DNA of 59,731 nucleotides, the filler included, from Sphacelaria rigidula (lineage: Eukaryota), in the NCBI GenBank assembly GCA_964200075.2. It is 7 parts of 7 records of this genome, joined end to end, with 100 filler letters (N's around TTAATTAATTAA, not from the genome) between each part and the next. Parts side by side here need not be neighbours in the genome. Positions count along the whole stretch, not along the records: positions 34,193 to 42,639 come from CAXNAA020011103.1; positions 42,740 to 51,185 come from CAXNAA020011104.1; 5 more parts are not named here. The stretch is one strand, 5' to 3'. Below the pieces are notes generated by a model. The model searched no databases. It was not told the DNA's origin and saw nothing but the letters and a program-made list of their open reading frames with translations. The translations under genes and the position numbers were made by a program. Below are positions 35,399 to 47,979 of the stretch, piece by piece; position 1 is the first letter of the stretch, and each line of letters starts with the position of its first letter.

Positions 35399-37106
35399 AC
35401 GGCCCACAGGCGCCGTAGGTAAGGTAGATACCCGGTACCGACATTTGGAACATCTCGTACCCTACCGATACCGGTCCAATCGGGTATTTTCTAATGTCAT
35501 ACCTACGATAACACGGTATTTTGATATAGCACTACCTGCCGTACCCGCTTGACCGGGTATTTCCAAATGCCATACCTACAATACCTGCGATAACACGGTA
35601 CTTCGATATTTCAATACCCACCATACCCGCCCAATCGGGTACTTTCAATTGTCGTTCGTACCTACGATACCCACGATACCACGCTATTTACATATTTACC
35701 GTACTCGATCAATCAGGTTTTTTCAAATGTTGAATGTTATACCTACGATACTCACACATACGACGGAATTGAATACCTTGGTGAATACCGCCGGGCGTAT
35801 ACCCGGTAAATACCGGACGCGATGCACTCCCCACGGTGCAGCAACTGGTCCCAACTGACGCAGAGGCCAGAAGTTGCAGGAGTAGGTACGTCTTGTTCTC
35901 ACAAGTGATACCTGCCCAGATCAATTCGAATGACATTATTATGTAGTCTGAAGCGCGATCGAAATTTTGTTTCCCGATCTGATAGGTTCGCCTCATTTCT
36001 GTTCTTAGAAGGCTTGAACTCAAGTTTGTAAATGGTGGCGCGCTTGGAAAAACTACAAAACAAACGAGCTAAGCTTCTTCGATCGAAATCATCCGGGCGA
36101 AAGGCACGAAGCTGCGAAGCGGCACTTAACTCCTATCTTACAGACCACCACGCCAGATAACACCCGTTCACGGAACCATGTTAACTCCATCCAACTTATT
36201 CTCAGCTACCACCGCAACCTGCAGCATCGAGTACGAGTTGAGCACAGGGAAAGAACCTCTGCAATAGTTGAGCATGCCTTGTTTATTTTTCGTTACCGAA
36301 AACTCGCCCGTCTTGTTTCATGGTAAGATCAACGACGGAACTGCGTGGTACGGTAGGCAACCCAGTTGCGTACACGCTCATGGATAGTGCAGGCAGTACG
36401 AGGCTGCACAGTGTTGTGAAGTCCTCTTCACGACGCAATGTGAGCAGAGAGAAGTGATGGTCCTGGGCTGTCTGCACTGTACGAAACACGCACAAACGCA
36501 CTCAAGATACTGCTTGCAAGCAGTGCAGGCAGCACAGACTGTCAACACTGCACACGAGTGACCACGTACCGTTTCACGAATTTCACTGTCTTTTTTTTAT
36601 CGAAAGCTTGACAATTCGCTTCGACTCAACTCGAGATGAATGAGACAATTTCGCTCAAATCAATTCTACCGCCCCCTTTGCCTTGATCGACGAAAGAAGT
36701 GCCAAGGCACACCCTGAAACGCTTCCCCGTACAGCCGGATGACAGTTTTGGGACCGGTATAGAGAGTGAGGCAGGTACCCGGTACCGGTATTTGAGACAT
36801 CTCATACCCTACCGATACCGGTCCAATCGGATATTATTAAATGCCATACCTACGATATCTGCGATACCACGGTATTTCAAGATACCATTACCTGTCGTAC
36901 TTGCCCAATCGGGTATTTTCAAATGCCATACCTACGATGCCTGAAAAACGCGGTGTTTCAAGATACCGGTCCCTACCGTGCCCGAGCAATCGGGTATTTT
37001 CAAACTTCATACCTACGATACCCACGCATACCACGGTACGGGATACCCTGGTAAATACCGGGGATACGCTCAGTACCGTACCTTACCTACGGTGCCTGTG
37101 TACCGT
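35399..37106. mobile_element. TIR element with two direct arrays of ~75-bp TACC-rich units (35427-35820, 36775-37078) split by ~0.9 kb
   Basis: 28-bp TIR acggcccacaggcgccgtaggtaaggta / taccttacctacggtgcctgtgtaccgt (25/28). Unit core caatcgggtattttcaaatgccatacctacgata. Confidence 0.7.
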
Positions 37107-37319
37107 TCGTAAAGCATCCGTCTGTCGTGACAAAGCGTCAGCTTTGTGTTCGGGAAAACGTCGGGCGAGTTTCACGGGTCGAACGACATGTCGCATTGGA
37201 TATACCAGTGTTAATCCTTTTCAGTGTTATGGAAGCTCTTGTCACGGCGACGTCTACAGTAGTAAGCAGTCTCAACTATTCAGGGGTGTTTCGGGGTTTT
37301 CCTCGCGTACTACTCTCTT

Positions 37320-37573
37320 GGAGAGCGACTCTCTCGTGGGTACACAAAAATCGACTCAACGGTCGACGAGGGAAAGGAAGTGCTGAACCCCTCTCGCGAT
37401 AAAGAAAAAAAAGACAAGCACCGCAGAAGGAAAGTGGGGTACTAAAAACAAATGAAGAAGAAAAAACCCCTGTGTTGACCTTCCTCCTGTGTAACCCCAG
37501 CTGGTGCGCCCAGGTATACCGAAAGGTGTAGACCGGCGCCCAGAATAGATGGGACGACAATACACACGCACAC
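37320..37573 (+). mobile_element. 5'-truncated SINE body with CA-rich tail
   Basis: Aligns with the reverse complement of 57670-57912 and with 54840-55035. Confidence 0.75.
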
Positions 37574-38038
37574 TACTCTTCGATAGAACTCGAAATCACT
37601 AGCGTCGATAGATTTTGGTACAATGAACAGATCATCCTCGAAACATGGTGCAACCAAGTCAGTGTTAATTGGTGTCATCGGGCGATACGTGTAAATACCC
37701 CGTTTATCAGGACGGTGTTATTGAGCGTGAAACACAGTTTTTCAGCTCTAGTATAATGAGTAGGTGGGAATTCAAGAAAATAATACTTGACATTTCTTCA
37801 CAAATATAATCGGGACAGGCTCGATCGACCGAGAACACCGAAGAGTGAGAATCTGGGCTGAAACGCGGCACGACCCCCGATGACCGATCAGCCCGTAAGT
37901 AACTGGAAATCTAGTACAGATTTTTTTTTCTTGGAATCTGGACGGGATACAAATATCTTCAGATTCGCAATGTTATGAGCAGTGGCAAGCGAAAAGAGCC
38001 CAAGGAAATCGCCAATTACGAAAAAATCACAAGAATGC
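37574..38038 (+). repeat. ~465-bp dispersed repeat; inverted copy at 53652-54121 on another contig
   Basis: Colinear over its full length, e.g. cttcgatagaactcgaaa, ataccccgtttatcagga, aaatcgccaattacgaaaaa. Confidence 0.85.
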
Positions 38039-40069
38039 CACAAGATGAATAGTTAGACCGCCCACTACTGTACCTTCTATTAGCTGAAGTCATGTTCCGC
38101 AGTTTCAATTATCTCGAGCTCAGACAGGAGGTCATCGTGAGAAGAGGGTTGTGCACTGTTAGCTTCAATAACTCGCTTCACGGACGATGCTCCACGTGGG
38201 AGAGAGCTGCATGACGCATGAGATTCGTTACAGCACATGTCACAAGCGACTTTCGCTGAAAAGGTGTCTGTATTCGCTAGAAAAGGGCGATTTCCCATCA
38301 CACTATTTTTCGATCAAAATTGTGCTGTGGACAAGGATAACTCCGCTCTAATGAGTCGTGATTTCAACTGTCGTAGTTTATTTTTTAGGGTTGTTGAAAA
38401 CACGACCAATCGGATTGGAATTTTTCAAGGGCAGGTCGAGCAGGGTATACTCAAGTGCGGGGTATGCTAGAAGTCGCACTTGAAGTACACCCGTTGGGGT
38501 AGGATGGTAGGGGTCGCTTTTGGGTACGACCCCAAATTTATACTCCGGAGTATACTTCAAGCACACGCGGCCATTCGGCTACTCCCTTAAAAATCCTTTA
38601 TCGCGATTTTCATCCTCTTGAGGGTAAAGTGACTCTCCGGAGGATAAAATGCCCTCCGGAGGGTATTTCATACTTATTCCGGTCATGAAACGAATCCTCT
38701 GGAGGGCGTCTGATGCTCCAGTGACTTCTGAGGTCTGAATCCTTCCAGAGGAGGTGCTCTGAAGCACGTGATTTTCGTGAACGTTCCTTATAGGGAAATA
38801 TGAGCATTGTCCTGCGCTGTCTGTACTGTACTTGGCCCGCTTCCCTTTCACGTCCTACTGACAGCAGTTGTGCGCATGCTGCAAGAACGGGCGTCGTGAT
38901 GTATACTCGGTAGCTGATGGTATGTAACACCCCCATGCACTCACAGGGCATCTACTTTGTTTAGCAATACGTGGCGCATATGCGGCGCTAACTCTGCAGT
39001 ATGTTGCACCGCACGTTAATAAGCACGATATGGTACTGTCCTGCACAGTATTGTACAGTTCAGTACAGCACCAAACCGTGCCTTTTGTTGTGCTGGTCAT
39101 ATCGTCATCAACGTGCAGAATGAACCGCGACGATCAAAAGTTTTCTCGTGTTCAATCGCCAAAGTGCTCTGGTATTGATGTGGTAGACTCGGGACTACGG
39201 GGTTTCAAAGCCTGTATGTATGATGCATGTGTGAGGTCCATGTAAGTTTGATGTTATCACCACCGGCTCAAGCTATATGGCACAGCCGTGAGGACACACA
39301 CTCGCATTCAGTCTATGGGATTTGCATACAGCCGAGGCTCTGAAATGTCCCATCCCCTTGCCCAATTGATATATGAATTGGGGGGCAAGGAGATGAATCT
39401 TCAACAACTCCGGCTGCCTCTCGAATATCATCTGCTGATACGGTGCAGTATGTGGGACTTGAACGGCAGAAGCTGCTCGCAAATCAGTCCTCTTTTTGCT
39501 CAATTTCAGGTATTGGCAGTCAAAATGAAAATTTATTTCGAACAGCAGAGGCTGTACAAATTCCATCTGCGAGTGTAAATGGGATTTGTAGAGCCTCTGC
39601 TGTCCGAAATAATCATATTTGCCCGATTCCAAATTTGGAATTAGCGTTTATTTCGAACCGCACAGGCTGTCGAAATTCCAGATTTCCGTACGAGCTGGGC
39701 CAGCTTTAAAGCTGCTAAAACTTGCTCACACCACAGCTTCCCCAGTTTCCCGAATGAACCCGATGCAAGCATATCACTGTGAACTGACGACCAACCTGGT
39801 GACACATGGCACCGCCGCTGAGTGAAGAAAAAAAAAAAAATGTACTGCATAATGTATGACCTTAACGACGGACGAATATATATATATATATATATGTCGG
39901 GATCTGAACTCATGACCTCCATAAGTGGAATCCAGATTGGTTCCCATGAAAAATTGTTTTAGACCGTGCCTTAGCAAATCATTTTTCGACTGAAAGAAGT
40001 GCGATGGAGAACAAAAATAAACAAGAGATACTGGGGAATGGGGTTGAACATGAAGGTGACGAAATTGAG

Positions 40070-40347
40070 TTTCAACTACAAAACTGTGCTTTCCCTGACG
40101 TGAAGTCATGACAAACGACTTTTATATGGACGGCGATCTCATCCCCCACGACCTCCCTGAAAAAAATTTGGGGGAGTTTCCAGCCTTCCGCGCCCTCAAA
40201 GGGCGCGCAAAATTTCATTTGTCGCCTCGATTCCGGGTTTAAAAAGGCACACTTTTTTTTAGCCCAAAAATGGTCCTCTCGCACATACCCTCTGGGGAAA
40301 CGGAAGACGGCAACCCCCCCCCCCCCCCCCCCCCCCCCAAAAAATTT

Positions 40348-40382
<35 letters not shown>

Positions 40383-40635
40383 TGTGTTCCAGAAAAAGAC
40401 CATTTGCAATTNNNNNNNNNNACACGCGAAACACACCCGTCCTCTCTGACAAACAACGAACCCACGCACGGCCCCACAACGACATATGGAAACCGAACAC
40501 CCCCCCCCCCCCCCCCCCCCCCGAAATAATTTTTGGGGGGTCGGGGAGGATGGGTCGGGGAGGATGATGTCGTCCATGAAAAAGTCATTTGGCATTACTT
40601 AAGGTCGGGAAGCACCGTTATTTTGGAGTTGAACA
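40070..40635. repeat. Foldback element with poly-C/AT/poly-G palindromic subunits
   Basis: 40070-40160 is inverted relative to 40545-40635. The Cn-A/T-Gn motif occurs at ~40155, 40315-40381 and 40500-40540. N10 gap at 40412-40421. Confidence 0.7.
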
Positions 40636-40709
40636 TTATTTTCATGTTCAACCTCATTTCTCAGAATCGTCTGTTAATTCCGGTGTGGTCGGTCGTGATT
40701 TCAACTCAA

Positions 40710-41556
40710 CCCTTGGACAGCGAGAGTAGATCATCTGTTGAATCGGTATTACTTCCACTTGGAAAAATATGCGTAGTACAGATTGGCTACGTTCGCGGTC
40801 TAAGGCCGCTCCTTATAACGGACAAGAATTGAAAATCTGGGAAAGTACCTTTTTTGAGCTTTCACGTCGTTTTACGCCCCAAAAGAGAGGCAGGCGGAGT
40901 TTGAAACCTTGGAATGACTTGATCTACTGCATGAGGCGGTTCCAGGACATTTTCCCGTTTTCCCGTGGCCACAGTTTTCACTTTGGCCGAACACGTGTTT
41001 TCGCCCAAGAACGGTAAAAAAATAGTCAAATGTAAAAGAAATTGGCACATTTCTCTGGACTTTGACTGTTTTTCACGGTTCTTGTGCAAAAATACTTGTT
41101 TGGCCGAAATAAAAACTGTGGCCACGGGAAAACGGGAAAATGTCCTGGAACCGCCTCATGTAGTAGAGCAAGTCATTCGAAGGTGTCAAACTTCGTCTGA
41201 CTCTCTTTTGGGGCGTAAAACGACGTAAATACTTCAAAAAGGTACTTCCCCAGATTTTCAATTCTTGTCTGTTATAAGTAGCGGCCTAACAAGAACTTCG
41301 TCCAAAAACGGTGAAGGAAAGTGAAGTCCAGAGAAAAGTAGCGTTCTTGGGAAAAAGTTATTGTTTGGCCAAAATGAAAACTGCAGCCACTGGAAAACGG
41401 CGCAATGTCCTGGAACCGCCTCATGTAGTAGAGCAAGTCATTCCAAGCTGTCAAACTCCGCCCAGCTCTCTTTTGGAACGTAAAACGTCGTAAAAGCTCC
41501 AAAAACACACTTTTCCAGATTTTTATTTTTGTCTGTTATGAGGAGCGGCCGAAGGG
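40710..41556. mobile_element. ~100-bp piggyBac-like MITE split 3 bp from its right end by Harbinger-like MITEs
   Basis: 40710-40803 aligns with 34273-34368; the missing GGG|TTAA reappears at 41554-41560. Confidence 0.75.
40804..41286. mobile_element. PIF/Harbinger-like foldback MITE, 483 bp, followed by a half copy (41290-41550)
   Basis: Termini GGCCGCTCCTTATAAC / GTTATAAGTAGCGGCC, TSD TAA at 40801-40803 and 41287-41289. Confidence 0.85.
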
Positions 41557-44500
41557 TTAAATAATTACGATACTTGAAATCACGACTTATCAGATCGGAA
41601 TTTTACTTTTCCATCGCACATTTTCGATCGAAGAATGATGTGCTTGTAGACCATCTCTCATGGCAGTCACCAATCTCGATTTTTTCGAGCATCGGGAGAA
41701 AAAAATGAGGCATTCACGATCTCGCCATGGTTCTCCTCGATTTTCTCGAAAAATCGGGGGAAATTACTCCGAGATTGTGACTCTCCCCGATTTTTTGAGG
41801 TGACGCACGTGCATCGACGTATGATGGTAGAGTACGAGGCGTTTGATATTTTTGCAACAGCAGCAGAAGACAGTCTCGTGACAGTGCGGGGCGTGCCTAC
41901 TGCCCGCGTCAGCTGTTGGCGCAGGCTCACACGGGGTTTGGCAAGTCGACGAAAAGTGCTGACGCCGTACCCTGAGGCGATGGTAACATCTTATGCTGCT
42001 CTGCGCTGCCATAAGTATCACTATTATAACGAACGCTACTGTACTCTCCTAGCCTGTTGTCGCTGTACTCGAGGGGTGATGTACGGCACTGCGCTGCTGA
42101 ACTCTGCTCGCGCACTGTTTGTTCACTATTCTGGCAATACCGAATGTGCCATCATGTACTACCGCACGACATTATCATGTCCTGTGTACTGATGGAGTGT
42201 CCTGCACTGTATCACCCTAGGGTACCAAGGTACGACACTGTACTCGAAGGATTAGTCATTGCCTGCCTGCCTGCTCTCCGGCTTCATGCACGAGTACGCA
42301 ATACCACACTCATGCAATAAATGACCGTCTGTGTACAGAACTGTTTCACAAATCTGTGATACTGTCTGTACCATAAAACGGCCCCCCCGATCTTGATTTC
42401 GCGAATTGGAATTGTCTCATAAAATCGAGATCCGTTGCTATAAAAGATTGCACGGTCAAGACAAATAATGATTCGTCAGGAAATTACTTGGTTTTAGTAT
42501 AATAAGTTGACTCGTGATGAATGCATCCCCATGACTCATTTCAGCGTTACACCCCAGGTACACGCAGCCCAGACACGTGGAATGCCGCAAAAGTTGCGTG
42601 GGACACCCCCTGGACCAGCGGTCAACTTTCCCCCCCCTTNNNNNNNNNNNNNNNNNNNNNNNNNNNNNNNNNNNNNNNNNNNNTTAATTAATTAANNNNN
42701 NNNNNNNNNNNNNNNNNNNNNNNNNNNNNNNNNNNNNNNGACCCCCTCCCCCCCCTCCCCCCCCCCCGCCACCCTGTCGGGCATGAGCGAGGGTTTGTTC
42801 CTCGTGCTGGCGCAGCCCGAGGGGGGGGTGCGTTATCGCAGGACACGGGATCGGCGCGCTCCCACTTTTTTTCCTGTGGCGTAGAGTAACAAGAGTGCTC
42901 ACCCGACTTACTTCTCTCCATTCCTCGACGTACTGAATATGACGCGTCACGGGTTCACCTCCACAGGTAACTTCTTCCGAATAAGAGCTTGTCCTCGGTA
43001 CTTCTACTACAAAAAGTTCACAAGTCGGGTTGCCCACTTGAACCTCATCTCGAAGTTAAACTTCAATTCGCACAATTTTCTGTTATGGTATATTAGTCAT
43101 CACATATTTGCATGCGCATGAAGTGACTCAACTGGATGCTTGCTCGAGACCACGAAACATATCGCCTGTCTGTAAGCCAGTTGAGACGCCTAATGCCGAG
43201 AACCCCAACACTATACCGGTATGTTTGTAATATGGTGCTTCCAACCGGGACTATTGTGTCGGCTGTTGTCATTCGTGACGTATTGATCACCCCTCTTGCA
43301 ATTTTCCGAAATGCGCTTTTTCAATGAAGCATCAGCCACGGTGATGTTTCGGTCCCCATATATGAAAGTTCGTTGTTCGCCTCAAACGAGATCCCCGCAT
43401 GTGATGAAGAATTTTGCTGTCTGAGAATGACGAATGAACGAACTGATCCTCGGTCAATCCCGTGTGCGCTTGAACGCGCTGTCAGCTGTGTGTATCCTAC
43501 GTCACCTGAAGATGCGTGTCCACAGCGTTAGCGCAGCGGTTATTGCCAAACGACTGAGTTTGATGTTTGGGGTACACCCGTAACAGCGGTTGCAGCTTTT
43601 GCGGTGTTCATACTGCTACCGTACAGTGAGCATGAAAAATCCGTATAATCTATACATTTTACAGTATAACTGCGGATGATTCGAAAGTTCAACTGACCGC
43701 GGTTCCTCCATCACTCACAGTTCATGTTTGAAGAACTGGGCGATGTGATTAGTCAACTTTGCCCTGCCATAACAAGCTGTAACCGATGGAGGAAAAGGAA
43801 ATGATGGCTGATGCTGATAACACCGGGCTTCCCGCTTGAAGTGATTTAACGGTTTACTGGATGACGTGAGGATGACGCTTGGCCCATGCTGCATGTGGGT
43901 TAGATTTAAATTCGTGAACCGTCACTCGCTACTGTGAAACGTGGGACTGATTGTGCAGCCCGAGATATACCGAACAGATGCGCTGATGCTGTCGCTTTGA
44001 GTTAAGTTACTGCATCCATACAGCGCTTATTCTTGATCACGTGAAGCCGCGTTTTTACGGCATCTCGTGTCTGCAATAAGCGCACACATGAATATCTATA
44101 TCCTGGGGTGCAGGGTTGCCGTTGCAATGCTGCCCGCTTGATTTGGAGCTTGCTGTGCCCTGTTAAAAATCGGAAATACCGTACACCATGCTGCCCGGAT
44201 CAAACTTTTCAAATACTGTACTGTCTGTCGCTGTTGAATTGGCATGAAAGCGGGCCATCTGCTCTGTGTGTGTCCCGTCACTAAACATGAGTTTTGCTCA
44301 ACGCTTGCACAGTGCACGACCCAGGCCGATACCCCATCTTCTTTTAACCTGATGCGGCGTACTGTTGTCATTTTAATGCTACCAGTTAACCCTCACCACT
44401 ATCCTACATCAATCGTGCCTTCCTCTTCGTTGACCCAAATCTAAGCACTCCCTGTACATTTTACCATACTTTTTTTCAGATGGAATAGGGGTGGTCTCCC

Positions 44501-44565
44501 TCACGCCTTGAAATAAAGTTTGCTTTCATGGAGTGGAGTATATCTGAACGATTTTTAATGTGAAG

Positions 44566-44602
<37 letters not shown>

Positions 44603-44755
44603 GTATACGGGATCGAAATGTGAAACTCGCACACAGCAATGGAAACGTTGAGGTGATGACCCTTGACACCCAGGGATGTGAATGAAACAAACAATGTTGC
44701 TCTATACACCCCGCAGAGGGGGGGCTGTAAGCCACCCTATCGGTGTGTGTATTAA

Positions 44756-44855
44756 CCCTTTGACCACGAGGGTAGGTCACCTGCTGAATAGGCATCAGTA
44801 TTCATTGGGGGAAAGTTGCATAACGCAGATGGACTACCCGCACCACCGTCTAGGG
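44756..44855. mobile_element. ~100-bp piggyBac-like MITE
   Basis: TTAA|CCCTTTGACC...TCTAGGG; reverse-oriented relative of 21563-21662. Confidence 0.75.
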
Positions 44856-44857
44856 TT

Positions 44858-45114
44858 GAGTGATGCTACGGTAGGGGTGCACAAATATTTTTTGAGGCGA
44901 GAACTGTTAGGAGGCCTTGATCTCGTTCAAAACACCACTTATAAAAATATGTGAAAGTACGCCAGGATTACTAATTCATTGTGCTGGGGATATTCCGAAT
45001 GAATTTGCAAACGTGGATGCCCTGACCCATATTCTTGTACATCTAGAATCGTTAGGAGCCCCTGAACTAGACAATATTTCGCGAAAAAAGTGTACCCCTA
45101 CCGTAGCATTGCTC
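44858..45114. mobile_element. 257-bp Sola2-like MITE
   Basis: TIR gagtgatgctacggtaggggtgcaca / tgtacccctaccgtagcattgctc, TSD GGTT on both sides; colinear with 12248-12503. Confidence 0.85.
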
Positions 45115-46948
45115 GGTTCAAGCTACTGTACTGTGTTGCTCTGTCTGTACTACTGCTTGCAACCGCCGTGCCCGTTGTGCACACAAAATTGTATTGCTGC
45201 ATTGACGTCTTGACTGAGCGGTGACCTGGGTATAAATGTGCAAACAAGCGCTCCTCCAACAACCGTCGTATTTTGCACCGACAACTCTCCTGCTTTATTA
45301 TTCGCTCTGCACACGTGTTCGGGTCAATTGTTTCGCACTTGAATAAGAAGAAGAAGAAGAAGAAGAAGAAGAGGAATGACCGCGTGGGTGACTGATGAGA
45401 AAGGGATAAGTCCCAGCGTGACTTGCGGGAACTGTTGTAGGTGACACTTCAGATCTCATGTTGCCATCGGCTGGATATTTTATAGATTTATTTAACGCAC
45501 AACAATATAATGAGCATATTGCGCCACAGTCTGCGCTGTTTTTGATAAAGCAACCCTGGACTTATACACAATGCATAATAATGCTGTAACCACACGCTCG
45601 GGGTGCACCGCTGGACGGACTAACGTTAGACTTGTTCACAACTGACGCTACTGTTTATAAGCTATACAATTTTGCAGTTTGATACAGCTGAAATGGAACC
45701 ACGCTATGCTGCTCTACGCATACTCAAACTCGACAAGACCCGCTGGATTAAAAATCGCTTGCGCCTCCGCACATCGAGCTGCGATGACACCCTTGGGTTT
45801 AACCACATGCTACCGTTTCATTTATGGTGATGCTGTTTCAGGATGGCTCTACAAATGACTGTACTCATTGTATATGGCCTACACTATCTCCTCCTTGAAA
45901 CCCCACCTGTACTCAGTCTAACACTTCATAGGTAACAGTGTATGAGTAATGTGCTTTCACTGTGGGAACAGCACTGTTCCGAATCACCATCGAATATCAA
46001 ATGTCAGACTATGCATGCGGAAGAACCTCTGCCGTGTACTGTTTACTCTACTCTATAAATATACTGTGGGGACACATAAGGTCGTGATAGACGTGTTACC
46101 TGAGTGAAACTACTGAACGCAATATTCAACCAGCAGATGTGAGTTAACGAACTGCCTGCGGAAGAGATACACAGGGGCTATCGAGATGTTGTCGGCTACA
46201 ACTATTACCGAATACAGCATATACTTTTGGGAACGCGAACCACTTGCTAGGGTATCCCATGCATGACCATGTAAGCAACGGTGAGAGAATGTCATTTTTA
46301 CTCTATACTTCGCAAATTCACGAAACTGCTCGTGTGACCGTAATGCCATACTGGTTGTGCATACATGCTACAAGGAACGATACCATGCGAGCCGATTTGT
46401 CGTGAACGGAAATTGCAAAGCTTGAATCAACATGAGGTATTTACCCTACCCCGGTCAGGAGGGGGGGCAAATCATTAATGCTCGAAATGCAATTTTGTCA
46501 TGGAAAATGGATGTAATCTCTACGTGTTTGCCCCTCTTTGATCGTTTGCGCCCTTGGTAGATATCTTCAAAGAGTATAAACGAGCCATGCATGCGTAAAA
46601 CAAATGGAGAGTTTTGTAAAGTTGTTCCGATTCTAAGATATCAAACCCCACCATGTACTTCTAGTTTATATTTCGACTGTGAATACGTGGGTGGTTGTTT
46701 ACAGGTCCACTGTTGAACATACCATTATTTGACTAATATTACCCGCAGCGGTGGGTCACAGGACTGCATAAAGCCTGCAACAGCTGCTGGTCAACAATAA
46801 TTGTTGGCGCCCGCCTGCCAATTTCTATGTAGCCACTCATGAGTGTGATAATCAACCCAGATCCACAACGATTGAGCGGCTATGAGTGAAGCTGCATGCT
46901 AATGTGTTTGCATGAGGCCACCAGACGAATGCTCCGTCAGTTCCTGTT

Positions 46949-47094
46949 GACCGTCTATACTCGTGCACGCTCCGACAATCAATTCGAAGATGACCGTCTA
47001 CTTGTGCACACTCCGACAATCCATTCGAAGATGACCGTCTACATATGCGTGCTCCGACAATCCATTCGAAGATCATCGTCTACCTTTGCGCGCT
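46949..47094 (+). repeat. ~41-43-bp tandem repeat, ~3.5 units
   Basis: gaccgtctac...ctccgacaatccattcgaagat. Confidence 0.85.
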
Positions 47095-47409
47095 ATGACC
47101 ATCCCGGGGGCAGGGTTACATTCTTCTGGTCCTGAGAGTCCATGGTTTCCACACATTCCTTTGCCGAATTACACTGAAAATAATCTGATGAAAGTCCTTG
47201 GCTTGTAATGAACCACTCGTGTGTTTATCGTGTAGACTATGCAAGTTGCTAACATACAAGCCGGACACCGAATGGGTGAAAGAGAGAAGTGTATGAACCA
47301 TATATACATATATATATATATATATATGCTTGCACCATACAGCGAACAAGCAGGATTTGATTGCATACGGGAAAATGGGCGAGGACGAAGACTCAAGATG
47401 TCAAGACCA

Positions 47410-47735
47410 TGCTTGTTCGAACAGGTTGACAGGGGAGCGAGAATTTCCCATGCGCTTCCGAACAGGTTGACAGGGGGCCAGGAGTTTCACACACGTCTTC
47501 AAACAGGTTGACGTGAATCCAGGACTTCCCATATGTTTTCGAACAGGTTGACAGGGTGCCAGGAGTTTCCCATGCGTGCTCGAGCAGGTTGCCATGGATC
47601 CAGGATTTCCCATGTGTTTTCGAACAGGTTGACAAGGGGGCCAGGATTTTCCCATGCGTGTTCAAACAGGTTGACTGGCATCCAGGAATTTCCATGTGGG
47701 TTCGAACAGGTTGACATGGAGCCAGAATTCCCTTG
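47410..47735 (+). repeat. ~41-43-bp tandem repeat, ~8 units
   Basis: ttcgaacaggttgacagggggccaggatttcccatgcgtg. Confidence 0.9.
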
Positions 47736-47979
47736 GAAACCCGTGAATTTTTACATGGCTGTCCCCAACACGTGATACCCTGGCCAAATGCACACGCTTG
47801 AACCTGTTTTGTCCGGTTATATTGATGTTCCCTTCGTTCTCCTTCCCCTTTATTTTTCTTTTGTTCGTTATCGTATACTGGTGAAGCGCTGCTATCCATG
47901 TTACTGGTTCCATCGTTTCTCACGCCGTTGATGACTGAGAATGTTTCTTCCAGACACCGCCCTCGTGAATCTCGAATCA

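Noticed and set aside
41910-41975. Walker-A-like QLLAQAHTGFGKST (SF2 helicase motif I?)
   Set aside because: A stop follows within 8 codons and no other helicase motifs are visible; not supportable without a search.
43090-44450. Coding-looking non-repetitive stretch (also 38080-38850 and 58150-58580)
   Set aside because: No recognisable motif or coherent exon chain by eye. These could be decayed mobile or viral coding DNA, but that needs a translated search.
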